Shown: positions 1 through 9,533, numbered from the stretch's first letter. The stretch: 45,068 bases of DNA from Bacteriovoracaceae bacterium (GCA_947467125.1 CANIGN010000002.1:1-45068); one strand, 5' to 3'. Program-made: numbers and translations. The notes: generated by a model from the letters alone, not told the origin.

Positions 1-1362
1 CACCTTGCTACTCTTCAAAGCGATAATTACGGAGAACAACTAAACAATTCTCCTTACTTAAAAATCTTAGGATTTAAAACAAACAACCCCTCTCAGTACT
101 CAGCAAGTTTCTCACCCTTAAATTCTAGCGACAGACCTCTTCTCGTAGCTGTCATTGATACAGGAATGAATCTTGAACACCCATTTTTGAAACCCTTTGT
201 TTCGACAAATGATGGAGAAACAGGCCTTGATGCGAATGGTATCGATAAGACCACAAATGGAATCGATGACGATCACAATGGCTATGTCGACGATGTGAAT
301 GGAGTGAGTGTCGTCGATAAAAATGGCGACGCAAAAGATATCCAATACCACGGAACTCACGTGAGTGGACTCGTGAAAACCATTCGAGACCATGCTCTCG
401 CAAGCGGCTATTCCGCTGCTCTTAAAATTCAAATTCTTCCCATACGTTTTTTTTATAAGTGCGAAGTTGTCCCAGGAGATGGGCAAATATGCGGAAGTGT
501 TTCATCAGCAATCGCTGCTTTAGATTATGCACTTTCAAGAGGAGCTAAAGTCATCAACATGAGTTGGGGCTCAGATACTTATTCACAAGTACTTTACGAG
601 ACTTTAACTGAACTGTATCAAAACGACATAACCCTCGTTGCGGCTGCAGGAAATAACGCCTTAAACGTTGATGATCACCCCTTTTTTCCCGCAGCTCTTA
701 ATCCCTGTCTTCCAGGACTTATTTCTGTAAACTCGATAACCACAGCCGGAGAAAACGAAAACAGCGTGAGCCTTTCTAGTTTTTCTAACTATTCATCGCA
801 ATTTGTAAACATTTCAGCTCCAGGACACAGTGTTTATAACAATACTTTTGGATTACTCAGCTCAAGCGGGAGCTACCCCTTTGGAGATAAATTTATCGCT
901 CTCAGTGGAACGTCAATGGCCTCACCTCTTGTTGCGGGAATCACTGCTGTCATGAGAAGTCTGAACCCCACCCTAAGTGCTCATGACATCAGAGATATTC
1001 TTCTCTCAAGCGCAACAATCCCTTACGATTTAAATACAAATAGCAAAATTCTTTCTCATAAAAACCAAGTAGACGGTTATGCCCACGCCATAAAAAGTTT
1101 TGAAAATGCACTTTCAAGTCCGCATCTTAAAATAAATAATATTGAATCGTGTTCGCTCAATCCCGTTTCTGGATTTTCAAGCAGTACTCAAAAAGAACAA
1201 AATAACGGAGGCGGAGGCGGCTGTGCTGCACTTATAAGCGCCCATGGCTCAAATGATGATTCAAATAATCCTTTTGGGGGGAATTCGCTTGGACTTCTCA
1301 CAAGTCTTTTTTTCTTCGTGCAATTCCTCAGAAGGATGAGTTATAAAATCAGCCGGTGTTAG
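1..1362 (+). CDS. Subtilisin-like serine protease (peptidase S8), 5'-partial, with a C-terminal sorting-signal-like tail
   Basis: Frame 1 is open from nt 1, so the track ORF 166..1362 is only the Met-truncated part. The catalytic triad motifs are readable: VAVIDTG (Asp), HGTHVSG (His), GTSMASP (Ser). There is an Asp/Asn/Gly-rich Ca-binding-like insert, DANGIDKTTNGIDDDHNGYVDDVNG. Confidence 0.9.
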   Translation, partial: HLATLQSDNYGEQLNNSPYLKILGFKTNNPSQYSASFSPLNSSDRPLLVAVIDTGMNLEHPFLKPFVSTNDGETGLDANGIDKTTNGIDDDHNGYVDDVNGVSVVDKNGDAKDIQYHGTHVSGLVKTIRDHALASGYSAALKIQILPIRFFYKCEVVPGDGQICGSVSSAIAALDYALSRGAKVINMSWGSDTYSQVLYETLTELYQNDITLVAAAGNNALNVDDHPFFPAALNPCLPGLISVNSITTAGENENSVSLSSFSNYSSQFVNISAPGHSVYNNTFGLLSSSGSYPFGDKFIALSGTSMASPLVAGITAVMRSLNPTLSAHDIRDILLSSATIPYDLNTNSKILSHKNQVDGYAHAIKSFENALSSPHLKINNIESCSLNPVSGFSSSTQKEQNNGGGGGCAALISAHGSNDDSNNPFGGNSLGLLTSLFFFVQFLRRMSYKISRC

Positions 1363-2021
1363 ATAACCTGCATGATTTTTTTAATCATCCACTCGAATCG
1401 CTCATTTATTTTTTAAATAATCCGACGATTGCTCTGTGGGGACCTTTTGTAGGTTTACTTGCTTGTGGGATGGGACTTCCTGTACCCGAAGACATCATCC
1501 TCGTTGTTGCAGGATTTCTAGCTGGACAAAATAACGGCAAAATTCTCCCTCCGATCATCATCACGTACTTAGGAATCATCATTGGAGATTCTCTTATTTT
1601 TTTTGTGGGCCAAAAGTTAGGTCGCAAAGTCATGAAGTCCAAGTTAGCTCAAAAGATACTTACTCCGGAGCGACTCGAAAAAGCAGTCAATGCTTTTCAT
1701 AAGCACGGAATATGGGTGAATTTCTTTGGACGATTTCTGCCAGGTTTTCGAGCCGCTATCTTTTTTACAGGCGGAACTTTGAAATACCCTTTTCATCGCT
1801 TTCTCTTAATGGATGGATTAGCAGCTCTTGTTTCAGCACCTCTTTTTGTGTGGCTTGGATATTGGGCGGGAATGAAGTTTTCGGAAAACATTTCTCTTCT
1901 TGATCACTATCTCAAGAAAACAAAAGCCTATTTTAGTTTAAGCATTCTGATCGTTCTTATTGTTGTGAGCATTGTTCTTTATATAAAATCCAAAAAAAGA
2001 AAAGAAATAGAAGCCAAATGA
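1356..2021 (+). CDS. DedA family (SNARE-associated) inner membrane protein
   Basis: 221 aa with multiple TM segments. DedA-like segments GLPVPEDIILVVAGFL and FFGRFLPGFRAAIFFTGG are present. The GTG start overlaps the protease stop by 7 nt. Confidence 0.8.
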   Translation: MLDNLHDFFNHPLESLIYFLNNPTIALWGPFVGLLACGMGLPVPEDIILVVAGFLAGQNNGKILPPIIITYLGIIIGDSLIFFVGQKLGRKVMKSKLAQKILTPERLEKAVNAFHKHGIWVNFFGRFLPGFRAAIFFTGGTLKYPFHRFLLMDGLAALVSAPLFVWLGYWAGMKFSENISLLDHYLKKTKAYFSLSILIVLIVVSIVLYIKSKKRKEIEAK

Positions 2022-2932
2022 GTTGTTCTCTTTATTTAAAAAAAATCTTCATTTTTTTTATTCTTTTTAGTTATTTAAAAATTTCTTGGGGCAAAGAAAA
2101 AATTAAGATTCTCACTTACTCATCTTTTATGGATAAAGGTGGACTTGGGGAATGGATTCAACAGCAAAGACCCGATATTGAATTTCAAAGCTCTAAAGAT
2201 TTCTCTGGAATCCTTGGAGAACTTCGAAAGCTTAAAAGACAAAATAAACTTTCCTCAATTGATTTAGTTTTGGGATTAAACGAAATAAATTACAAAAGCG
2301 CTCTTCAAGAAAAGCTTATTGAGCAAGGCGTTCCTTTTGAAAAAAGTGGATATACAATCTTAGTAAATAAAAAACTTTTAAAAGAAGAACAATGGCCTCG
2401 TAGCTGGAAAGAATTAGCTGAAAAGTTTTCTAAAAAAATCCTGGTGCAAGATCCGCGCACAAGTGAAATTGGTCTTGCTTGGCTCCTGAATGCAAAAGAC
2501 CTCAGTAACCTTAGTCTTGCTGAAGCAAAAAAAATTCCCCTCAAAGTTTTCCCAAAGTGGTCAAGCTCTTTTGGCGCTTTTGAAAACGAAATGGCTCCCA
2601 TGATTTGGACCTATACCACAAGCCTCGCCTATTATCGCTGCCACAACAGCGATAAAAATTATGCAAACCTACCTCTTCCAAATTATCCTTTTGATACAAA
2701 CTATGTTGCAGCTACAAGTGGCAAACCTAACGAAACTCTCGTCCAAACAATTAAATACCTCTCTTCAAAAGACGTTCAAGAAAAAATTTGGCAAAAAAAC
2801 TGGATGTTCCCCGCTTCAAATTCTCAAGCTCCTTCTTGTTATAAAAATATTTTTATTCCCCGAAACGCAAAGGCTCTTCGCTTTTATAATAGTTCTCAAA
2901 TACTTGGATGGCTTGACGAATGGAGCCTCTAA
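2018..2932 (+). CDS. ABC transporter periplasmic substrate-binding protein (ThiB/FbpA-type family, substrate uncertain)
   Basis: It has an N-terminal signal peptide (IFIFFILFSYLKISWG) and is about 300 aa. It sits directly upstream of a twin-domain permease and a short ATPase, as in thiBPQ. Its start overlaps the dedA stop (ATGA). Confidence 0.6.
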   Translation: MSCSLYLKKIFIFFILFSYLKISWGKEKIKILTYSSFMDKGGLGEWIQQQRPDIEFQSSKDFSGILGELRKLKRQNKLSSIDLVLGLNEINYKSALQEKLIEQGVPFEKSGYTILVNKKLLKEEQWPRSWKELAEKFSKKILVQDPRTSEIGLAWLLNAKDLSNLSLAEAKKIPLKVFPKWSSSFGAFENEMAPMIWTYTTSLAYYRCHNSDKNYANLPLPNYPFDTNYVAATSGKPNETLVQTIKYLSSKDVQEKIWQKNWMFPASNSQAPSCYKNIFIPRNAKALRFYNSSQILGWLDEWSL

Positions 2933-4452
2933 GCTCTCAAACCAGAAAAACGACAGACGCCTTTCTCAGCACTTTTTATGTTTCAGTTATTTGGCTACCT
3001 CTTATTTATGCCTTCATTTCTCTAAGCTTGCAGATCTCATCTGAAACACTCACTTCATCTTTTTTTTATTTACTCGCTCGATCTTCTTTATTTGGAATTT
3101 TTCAAGCTTCTTTAAGTGTTTTACTTATTGCTGCTTTTTCTTTTGCCTTTGGTTATTTAAATGTTTTTTACAAATTTAGCTTATCTTCTCAAAAGGCAAT
3201 TTCCATTATCGCTCTTTTTCTGTTTTCATTAAGCCCCACTATAGCTGCTTTAAGCCTTTTAAATCTTGGCAATTTCTTCAAACTTTCAAGCGCACAAGGT
3301 CTCTCTTGGATTGTGGCATGCCATTTTATGATGAATGCTCTTTTTGTATCTTTTCTTTTTGCGAAACGCCTTGAGCGCTTTCAATTATCCCAATCTCACG
3401 AACTTATTCCTCTCTTAAAAAGCTTTGGAACTTCGAAAAGAAAATTTATTCATGTTTATTTATGGCCAATTTTTAAAAATGATTTCTTCTCATGGGCTCC
3501 ACAAATTTTTCTTTGGTGCTTTAGTAGCTTTGCTCCCGTCCTTCTTTTGTCTGAAGGCCCTCATCAGAGCACTCCAGAGATTCTCTTCTACTACTCCATT
3601 CTTAATGATCGAAGTGGAGCAAGAATTTTTTGTATTTTACTTTTAAATCTTTTTCTTGGCTTTTTTTTGAACCGAAGTTTTGGCAAGTCCCTTTCACTTC
3701 AAGAAAGCTCCGCTAACAAGTACTCACTTAAAATCGATTCCTATCAAAAAAATAAATTTTTCTATTTTTTAATTCTGATTTCTATTTTTTTTCTTTTTCC
3801 TTTTTTACTAACTCTTCTTCAAACAATTTCTATTATTGGAAATCCAAAAATTTTATTTTTCTTCCAAGAGCTCCTCACTCCTCTCAGCACAAGTTTTCTC
3901 ATTTCCCTTTGTTGTTTTCTTCTTAGTTTTTTTGTGGGTTTTCTTTGTATAGTTGCAAAACAAGATTCCCCTTTAATTCAATACTCTAATATTTTAAGTC
4001 CACCCTTTATTCTTTTTGCTTGGTTAGAAACAGGTCTTCGTTCAGAAAATCATTTCACTTCTATTTTTTTAGTTTCAACGGCTAGCTTTCTGAGTGTTTT
4101 TCCATGGTTTTACCGTCAGATCAAAACTCAACGTGATCAACTTCCCATTGAATGGGGTCTTTATTGCCTAAGCCTAGGAATGACTCCTTTTACTTATTTT
4201 AGAAGAATCCTTTTTCCTCAACACAAAAGCACTCTTTTTAAACTTGCGGGAGTTTCAAGTCTTTGGGCTTTTGGAGAATATGCTTTTTCAAAAGTTTTTT
4301 TTGAAAAAAGCGAATCGCTTCCTCTTTATATTGATGAGAACTTAAGACGCTATAATTTTGACGCTTCGTCATTTGGAATTTCATTGGCTTACTTAGGTTC
4401 TTTTCTCATTGTCTTTCTCATATTAAAAAGCGAGAGGCCCTCCTCATGTTAA
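2920..4452 (+). CDS. ABC transporter permease, fused two-domain type (ThiP/FbpB-like)
   Basis: 510 aa and very hydrophobic, with about 12 predicted TM segments. This size and architecture are typical of ThiP/FbpB double permeases. It overlaps both neighbours. Confidence 0.65.
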   Translation: MEPLSSQTRKTTDAFLSTFYVSVIWLPLIYAFISLSLQISSETLTSSFFYLLARSSLFGIFQASLSVLLIAAFSFAFGYLNVFYKFSLSSQKAISIIALFLFSLSPTIAALSLLNLGNFFKLSSAQGLSWIVACHFMMNALFVSFLFAKRLERFQLSQSHELIPLLKSFGTSKRKFIHVYLWPIFKNDFFSWAPQIFLWCFSSFAPVLLLSEGPHQSTPEILFYYSILNDRSGARIFCILLLNLFLGFFLNRSFGKSLSLQESSANKYSLKIDSYQKNKFFYFLILISIFFLFPFLLTLLQTISIIGNPKILFFFQELLTPLSTSFLISLCCFLLSFFVGFLCIVAKQDSPLIQYSNILSPPFILFAWLETGLRSENHFTSIFLVSTASFLSVFPWFYRQIKTQRDQLPIEWGLYCLSLGMTPFTYFRRILFPQHKSTLFKLAGVSSLWAFGEYAFSKVFFEKSESLPLYIDENLRRYNFDASSFGISLAYLGSFLIVFLILKSERPSSC

Positions 4453-5117
4453 AGTTTAATTTTCATTTTGACGTTCCTCATAAAGGCTCCCTTCAGGCCC
4501 ACGGTCAGCTTGAATTTGGCACAAAGCTCGCAATTCTCGGACCCTCTGGTTGCGGTAAAAGCACTTTTCTAAAAGCCTTAGCGGGCCTTTCACCCAAACG
4601 CTCGGGCGAATCCACTTGGCTTGATCAAAACTTTAACCAAGAAATGCTCAAAGAAGGTGTCTTGGGCTTTTGCTTTCAATCAAGTCCACTTTTTTCTCAC
4701 CTAACTGTCCTTGAAAATCTAGCTCTTCCACTTGAATCACTTAAAAAATACCGTCCACTCTCTTCAGAGCTTAAAAAGCAAAGAGCTCAAAAGCTTCTTC
4801 TTCGAGCTGGTCTTAGTGATCTAGCCAATCGTTTTCCTCCTGATTTAAGCGGGGGTGAAAAAAAGAGAGTTTCTCTTTTGCGTTCTCTTATATTTAAGGC
4901 TCCCTTACTTATTTTGGATGAACCCTTTTCTGATTTAGATGAGGAAAATCGAAGATTGTTTAAGAAATGGCTTCATGAAATTCTTTTAGATCATAAAGGA
5001 GTTCTGGTTTTTGTGACTCACCATGAAAGCGATATTCAAGACCTTGCAAATCTTCGTTTTGACTGGCCCTCAAACAAAGAAACTGTATTAGACTTTTCAA
5101 AAGCTCAAAAATTATGA
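4446..5117 (+). CDS. ABC transporter ATP-binding protein (ThiQ-like, no C-terminal regulatory domain)
   Basis: Walker A GPSGCGKST, ABC signature LSGGEKKRVSL, Walker B LLILDEPFSDLD and H-loop VTHH are all readable. At 223 aa it matches the short ThiQ type. Confidence 0.85.
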   Translation: MLKFNFHFDVPHKGSLQAHGQLEFGTKLAILGPSGCGKSTFLKALAGLSPKRSGESTWLDQNFNQEMLKEGVLGFCFQSSPLFSHLTVLENLALPLESLKKYRPLSSELKKQRAQKLLLRAGLSDLANRFPPDLSGGEKKRVSLLRSLIFKAPLLILDEPFSDLDEENRRLFKKWLHEILLDHKGVLVFVTHHESDIQDLANLRFDWPSNKETVLDFSKAQKL

Positions 5118-5902
5118 ACCTTCTTTTTGTACATGGCTTTATGGGATCCGCTCTAAACTGGAGCACTGTTAGATCAAAGATTGAGACACTTGCAAAAGAA
5201 TCAGGCTTTCAACTTAAAACCCATGCTGTTGATTTACTGGGGCACTCTTCAAGAAGATCCTCAAAACCCTTAAATAACTTTTCAAGCGCTCATGAGGCTC
5301 TTTGCGAGGAACTCTTTGAAGATATTAAAGGATTAGGTCCCGTTGTTGCTGTCGGACATTCCTTTGGACTGCGACCACTTCTTCTACTTGCACAAAAAAG
5401 ACCTGAACTTATTCCTACACTTATTGTGGAAGACGCTTCCCCTGAATTGAGCCCTCAATCGTGTTCGTTCCTTTTAAAAATACTCCAAACAACACCTACC
5501 CCTTTTCGCACGCGCGAATCTGCTCGCGAATATTTTGACAAACACTATCCTCCACAAATTGCTCGTTTTTTATTAAGTAATATTCGAAGCCTGCAGAATC
5601 CTGAAATAAACGATTGGAGGTTTGATAGGCCCTTTTTAGAAGCGCTTTTACGAGAAGCTCAAACAAGCCCACTTTGGGATCAATGGCAGGAATACCCTGG
5701 AGAAAGCTTTCTTATAACAGGAGAAAAAAGCGAACTTTTCGCTCATCCATCCGTTCTTCAAACAATGACTGAGAAAAGATTTCCCCGTAAACTATTGCAT
5801 TACCAGATTAAAGACTCTGGCCACTGGATACACGCCGACAAACAAGAGGACTTTTGTCAGGTTTTAGTAAAGATTCTTTCTTCAATTAAGGACTCAATTT
5901 AA
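5114..5902 (+). CDS. Alpha/beta-fold hydrolase (esterase, YbfF/MenH-like)
   Basis: Motifs seen are the oxyanion-region LLFVHGFMGS, the nucleophile elbow GHSFG and a C-terminal catalytic His context DSGHWIHAD. Its start overlaps the ATPase stop (ATGA). Confidence 0.75.
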   Translation: MNLLFVHGFMGSALNWSTVRSKIETLAKESGFQLKTHAVDLLGHSSRRSSKPLNNFSSAHEALCEELFEDIKGLGPVVAVGHSFGLRPLLLLAQKRPELIPTLIVEDASPELSPQSCSFLLKILQTTPTPFRTRESAREYFDKHYPPQIARFLLSNIRSLQNPEINDWRFDRPFLEALLREAQTSPLWDQWQEYPGESFLITGEKSELFAHPSVLQTMTEKRFPRKLLHYQIKDSGHWIHADKQEDFCQVLVKILSSIKDSI

Positions 5903-5934
5903 TATTCCAATTTAATTTATTTTGACTAATTTGC

Positions 5935-6843
5935 TTAGGCTTTTTTTCTGCCTAAGATGAATACCACTGCTGACATAATCAAAAAGCCAACTGCACCAAA
6001 AAGAAGCATGGTTCTCACATTGCCCTTCTTACTCACATTACTCACCTTCTGGACTATAGACGAAGAACCCGCAGAGTCTTGGGTTTTTGACGCAACAGCA
6101 CTTGAATCAAGAGAAGGAGCAGAAGCAACAGGAATAGTTGCCATAGCTCCGGCTTGTGTATCTGCAGAATTAGATCCTGTATCAATTGAAAGGCTTGCTC
6201 CCTGAGAAGGAGCATTAGAAACAACACTAAGACCCGCGTCAACAGCAGGTATTTCTTTTTGAGGAGCAGGTTGGGCTACAATTACTTTATCTTCTTCTTT
6301 TTGAGGAGAACCCTTTGAAAGATCTGCAACCTGAGCAGATTCCTCAGAAACTGGAAGTCTTAACATTTGACCAACCACCAATACGTTTGGATCTTCAATT
6401 TCAGGATTTAACTCGAGAAGTTTTTTTAATGAGTTTGCTTTTCCAAAAACCCCGTCTGCAATCAAAGAGAGTGACTCTCCACGAGCAACCTTCCACTCCT
6501 TCATATCAGAAGTATATTGAGTGTGAAGTTGGCCACGCCAAATTTTCACTGCTTGTCGATCACCTTTTTGAAGTTTCGCGCGATGACGAAATGTTGAATT
6601 TTTTACTGGAAGAGAATTCATAACATCAGATCCACTTGCTTGATCGGATGTTGCTTCTAGATTGTCTTGTGAAGAAGTGTCTGCGCTTGCATCGCCCAAA
6701 ACAAGACTTGCATCCTCTTGTGAGTCCCTTGCGCTGACTTCTTCACTAATAGCGGCATCAACTGCGCCGTGCCTTGAAGAACAAGCCACCAAACTAGAGA
6801 GCAAAACAAAAGATACTGCCGTACCAGAAGTAAACCTCTTCAT
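5935..6843 (-). CDS. LysM domain lipoprotein with a C-terminal TM anchor
   Basis: A LysM motif is readable: WKVARGESLSLIADGVFGKANSLKKLLELNPEIEDPNVLVVGQMLRLP. Starting at Met13 (6843) gives an ideal lipoprotein signal, MKRFTSGTAVSFVLLSSLVAC; the longest ORF starts at 6879. The rest is low-complexity and S/A/D-rich. The C-terminal TM is LLFGAVGFLIMSAVVFIL followed by GRKKA. Confidence 0.7.
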   Translation of the reverse strand: MKRFTSGTAVSFVLLSSLVACSSRHGAVDAAISEEVSARDSQEDASLVLGDASADTSSQDNLEATSDQASGSDVMNSLPVKNSTFRHRAKLQKGDRQAVKIWRGQLHTQYTSDMKEWKVARGESLSLIADGVFGKANSLKKLLELNPEIEDPNVLVVGQMLRLPVSEESAQVADLSKGSPQKEEDKVIVAQPAPQKEIPAVDAGLSVVSNAPSQGASLSIDTGSNSADTQAGAMATIPVASAPSLDSSAVASKTQDSAGSSSIVQKVSNVSKKGNVRTMLLFGAVGFLIMSAVVFILGRKKA

Positions 6844-7084
6844 CCTTAAAAGTAAATTTTCCATAGATAAAACGCTCATGTGAACATCACTTCGTCTCTA
6901 AGCCTAAATAACTTTAGTGTTATTAAGAAAAAAATAAAAAAAATTTAGAAATTTAATTGTAATGAAAAAGCAAGGCACTCAAGACTTACTTGAACAGTAT
7001 ATTTTTTGTACAAATTTGATCAATCATGAAGATTCTTGACTAAGCATATTGTGGAGTTGCTCAGTCAAATTTAAACTTTAGGTT

Positions 7085-8290
7085 ATGAAACTTGGTAGTG
7101 AAGTTCTTGAAAATTCAAAAGCTCTGAGCGAACTTAAAAAGAAACGGGTCGCACTTTTAGCTCACCCAGCGAGCGTCAATAAAAACCTTGTTCACTCCTC
7201 AATTGTTTTTAAAAAAATTCTTAAAGAAAATTTAGTTTGCGCTTTTGGACCTCAACATGGAATTCGCGGTGAAAAACAAGACAATATGGAAGAAAGCCCA
7301 GACATCATAGACCCTGTACTTGGCATTCCGGTCTTCAGTCTTTACGGAAAAACTCGCAGACCCACAAAAGAAATGATCGAAAAAGTTGACGTCTTATTAG
7401 TCGACCTCCAAGACGTTGGAACAAGAATCTATACTTTCATCACAACGCTTTTTTACATGCTCGAAGCCTTTCACAACACTCAAAAAGAAATTTGGATTCT
7501 TGATAGACCCAATCCCGCCGGAAGAAGTATCGAAGGTTTTTGTTTAGATCCAAAGATGATTTCTTTTGTTGGGTGTAGCGAAGGTCTTATTCTTCGACAC
7601 GGATTAACTTTGGGAGAACTCACTCAGTATTTTAAGGAAAAACATTCTTTCAATGTTCAAACCAAAATTTTTAAAATGCAAAATTACAAAGCCCATCAAA
7701 AACCGGGGTGGGGCTGGCCCTCTCTGGAATTTCCCTGGGTGAATCCAAGCCCAAATATCCCCAGACTTTCTTCTGTTCGAGCTTTTCCAGGAACTGTTTT
7801 GATTGAAGGAACTCTTTTATCCGAAGGAAGAGGAACAACTCGTCCCCTTGAAATCATAGGAGCTCCTGATATCGACGGAGAAAAGCTCTTAAAGGAAATG
7901 GAAAAAATAAATAAAAAATGGATGGAAGGATGCCAGCTCCGTGCTTGTTACTTTGAACCCACTTTTCAAAAGCACGCCAAACAACTTTGCTCAGGTTTTC
8001 AAATTCACACGGATTATCAAAACTTTAATCCCCAAAAATTTAAACCCTTTCGCCTTGTCTGCTTAGCCCTTAAAGCTCTTCGTAAAATGAATCCTGAAAG
8101 AGAAATCTGGAATCGTTCGTATTATGAATACGAAAGAGATCGCCTTTCTTTTGACCTTATTTGCGGAACAAGCCTTGTAAGAGAATGGGTGGACGATCCT
8201 TCCTCAAAACCTGCTGATTTAGAAAGACTCTTGCTGCAAGACGAAAAGTCTTGGCTTAAAACTCAAAAGAAATATCTTCTTTACAGATAA
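7085..8290 (+). CDS. DUF1343 family protein (NamZ-like exo-beta-N-acetylmuramidase family)
   Basis: Blocks typical of the family are present: FGPQHGIRGEKQ, IPVFSLYG, VDLQDVGTRIYTFITTL, ILDRPNP, RHGLTLGEL, WVNPSPNIP, FPGTVLIEGTLLSEGRGTTRP. Confidence 0.8.
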   Translation: MKLGSEVLENSKALSELKKKRVALLAHPASVNKNLVHSSIVFKKILKENLVCAFGPQHGIRGEKQDNMEESPDIIDPVLGIPVFSLYGKTRRPTKEMIEKVDVLLVDLQDVGTRIYTFITTLFYMLEAFHNTQKEIWILDRPNPAGRSIEGFCLDPKMISFVGCSEGLILRHGLTLGELTQYFKEKHSFNVQTKIFKMQNYKAHQKPGWGWPSLEFPWVNPSPNIPRLSSVRAFPGTVLIEGTLLSEGRGTTRPLEIIGAPDIDGEKLLKEMEKINKKWMEGCQLRACYFEPTFQKHAKQLCSGFQIHTDYQNFNPQKFKPFRLVCLALKALRKMNPEREIWNRSYYEYERDRLSFDLICGTSLVREWVDDPSSKPADLERLLLQDEKSWLKTQKKYLLYR

Positions 8291-8324
8291 TTTTGAGAAT
8301 ATCCCAAAAGATTTGCTAGATTGA

Positions 8325-9533
8325 GTGTGCTTGTCAGACATAAGAGTTTTAAAGTTTGGTGGATCTTCACTCGCAAGTCCCGAACTCATTCATAAAGTTG
8401 CCCAAATCATCGCGGATCATTACCACGCATGCAAAAAAGTAGTCGTCGTCGTGAGCGCAATGGGAAAAAGCACTGATGAGCTCATCCAACTTGCAAAAAA
8501 AGTAAGTCCCAACGCTCCCCTTAAACATTCACGTGAAGTCGACATGCTCGTAAGCGTTGGCGAAAGAATCTCCATGTCGCTTGTCTCCATGGCTATTCGA
8601 GATTTGGGCATCGAAGCCGTTTCTCTCACAGGCTCTCAAAGTGGAATTATTACAACCGAAAGCCACGGGGAAGCTGAGATTCTTGAAATTAAGGGTGAGC
8701 GAATTTTAAAAAATTTGGAAGAAAAAAAAGTTGTAATCGTTGCGGGCTTTCAAGGTGTCAGCCGAGAAAAGGAAATCACAACATTAGGTCGCGGAGGAAG
8801 TGATACAACCGCGCTTGCTCTTGCACATTTTCTTCAATCATCTTCGGCCTATATTTATTCAGATGTGGATGCGTATTATTCTGCGGATCCTAAAGTTGTG
8901 AAAAATGCTCTTAGATATGAAAAAATTCCTTGGGAGATCGGCTTTTTATCTTCTTACTTTGGAGCCAAGGTCTTACACTCTCGAGCAGCCAAAATAGCTG
9001 CAAAGCAGCACCTTCAAGTTCAAATGTTATCCACATTTAATCCACAGAGGAGTCCGGGCCTTTTAGAAGGGGACATTGACGCAAAAAATCAATTATTTCA
9101 AGTATTTACATTAAACCTAAAAAAGGACTTAAAAAAGTTAACCACAGACAAATGTGCATTACCATGTAAGGACATTCCCCTCGAAATAGAGGACTGTTTT
9201 ATGCCTTCTTATTTTGAAAATCGTATTGAGTTTCCAGCTGGTGCTTTGAAAACTTTTTTTTATTCTTACGAGAAAAACTTAAACCCACAAGAGGGTTTAG
9301 AAAAAAAACTTTTAAATGAAGCGGGATATCAATCTTTTACACTTGTTGGAACAGGCCTTCTCCAAAAAAAGACACTGCTTCAAGAAGCAGAAAAAATACT
9401 CATGAGCTTTGGCGTTGAAATCGAAGGATACGATTGGACAAATCTTTATCTTGTTCTCATTACAAAAAAGCTAGATGCCGATCAAAAAATCCTTCAATCA
9501 CTTCACGAACACTTTCTTGAAAATACGAATTAA
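8325..9533 (+). CDS. lysC: Aspartate kinase
   Basis: The amino-acid kinase fold N-terminus reads VLKFGGSSLASPE, VVVVVSAMGKSTDELI, ITTLGRGGSDTTALALA. The C-terminal part (about 140 aa) is ACT-like but divergent. The start is GTG. Confidence 0.85.
   Translation: MCLSDIRVLKFGGSSLASPELIHKVAQIIADHYHACKKVVVVVSAMGKSTDELIQLAKKVSPNAPLKHSREVDMLVSVGERISMSLVSMAIRDLGIEAVSLTGSQSGIITTESHGEAEILEIKGERILKNLEEKKVVIVAGFQGVSREKEITTLGRGGSDTTALALAHFLQSSSAYIYSDVDAYYSADPKVVKNALRYEKIPWEIGFLSSYFGAKVLHSRAAKIAAKQHLQVQMLSTFNPQRSPGLLEGDIDAKNQLFQVFTLNLKKDLKKLTTDKCALPCKDIPLEIEDCFMPSYFENRIEFPAGALKTFFYSYEKNLNPQEGLEKKLLNEAGYQSFTLVGTGLLQKKTLLQEAEKILMSFGVEIEGYDWTNLYLVLITKKLDADQKILQSLHEHFLENTN

Noticed and set aside
118-486. 122-aa and 83-aa minus-strand ORFs antisense to the S8 protease gene
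   Set aside because: They lie entirely inside a well-supported protease CDS on the other strand. They have no motifs, and their composition looks like shadow frames.
1990-2020. Looked for a TPP (THI-box) riboswitch in front of the ThiB-like gene, and a lysine riboswitch in front of lysC (8291..8324)
   Set aside because: The SBP gene start overlaps the dedA stop, and the lysC leader is only 34 nt. There is no space for either element.
2661-3044. 127-aa alternative-frame plus-strand ORF overlapping the SBP/permease junction (also 3425..3646 and 1712..1903)
   Set aside because: These are out-of-frame overlaps within longer, motif-supported ORFs.
6962-7039. 25-aa ORF (MKKQGTQDLLEQYIFCTNLINHEDS) in the LysM/DUF1343 intergenic region
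   Set aside because: It has no SD, is very short and lies in an AT-rich spacer. It cannot be supported from sequence alone.
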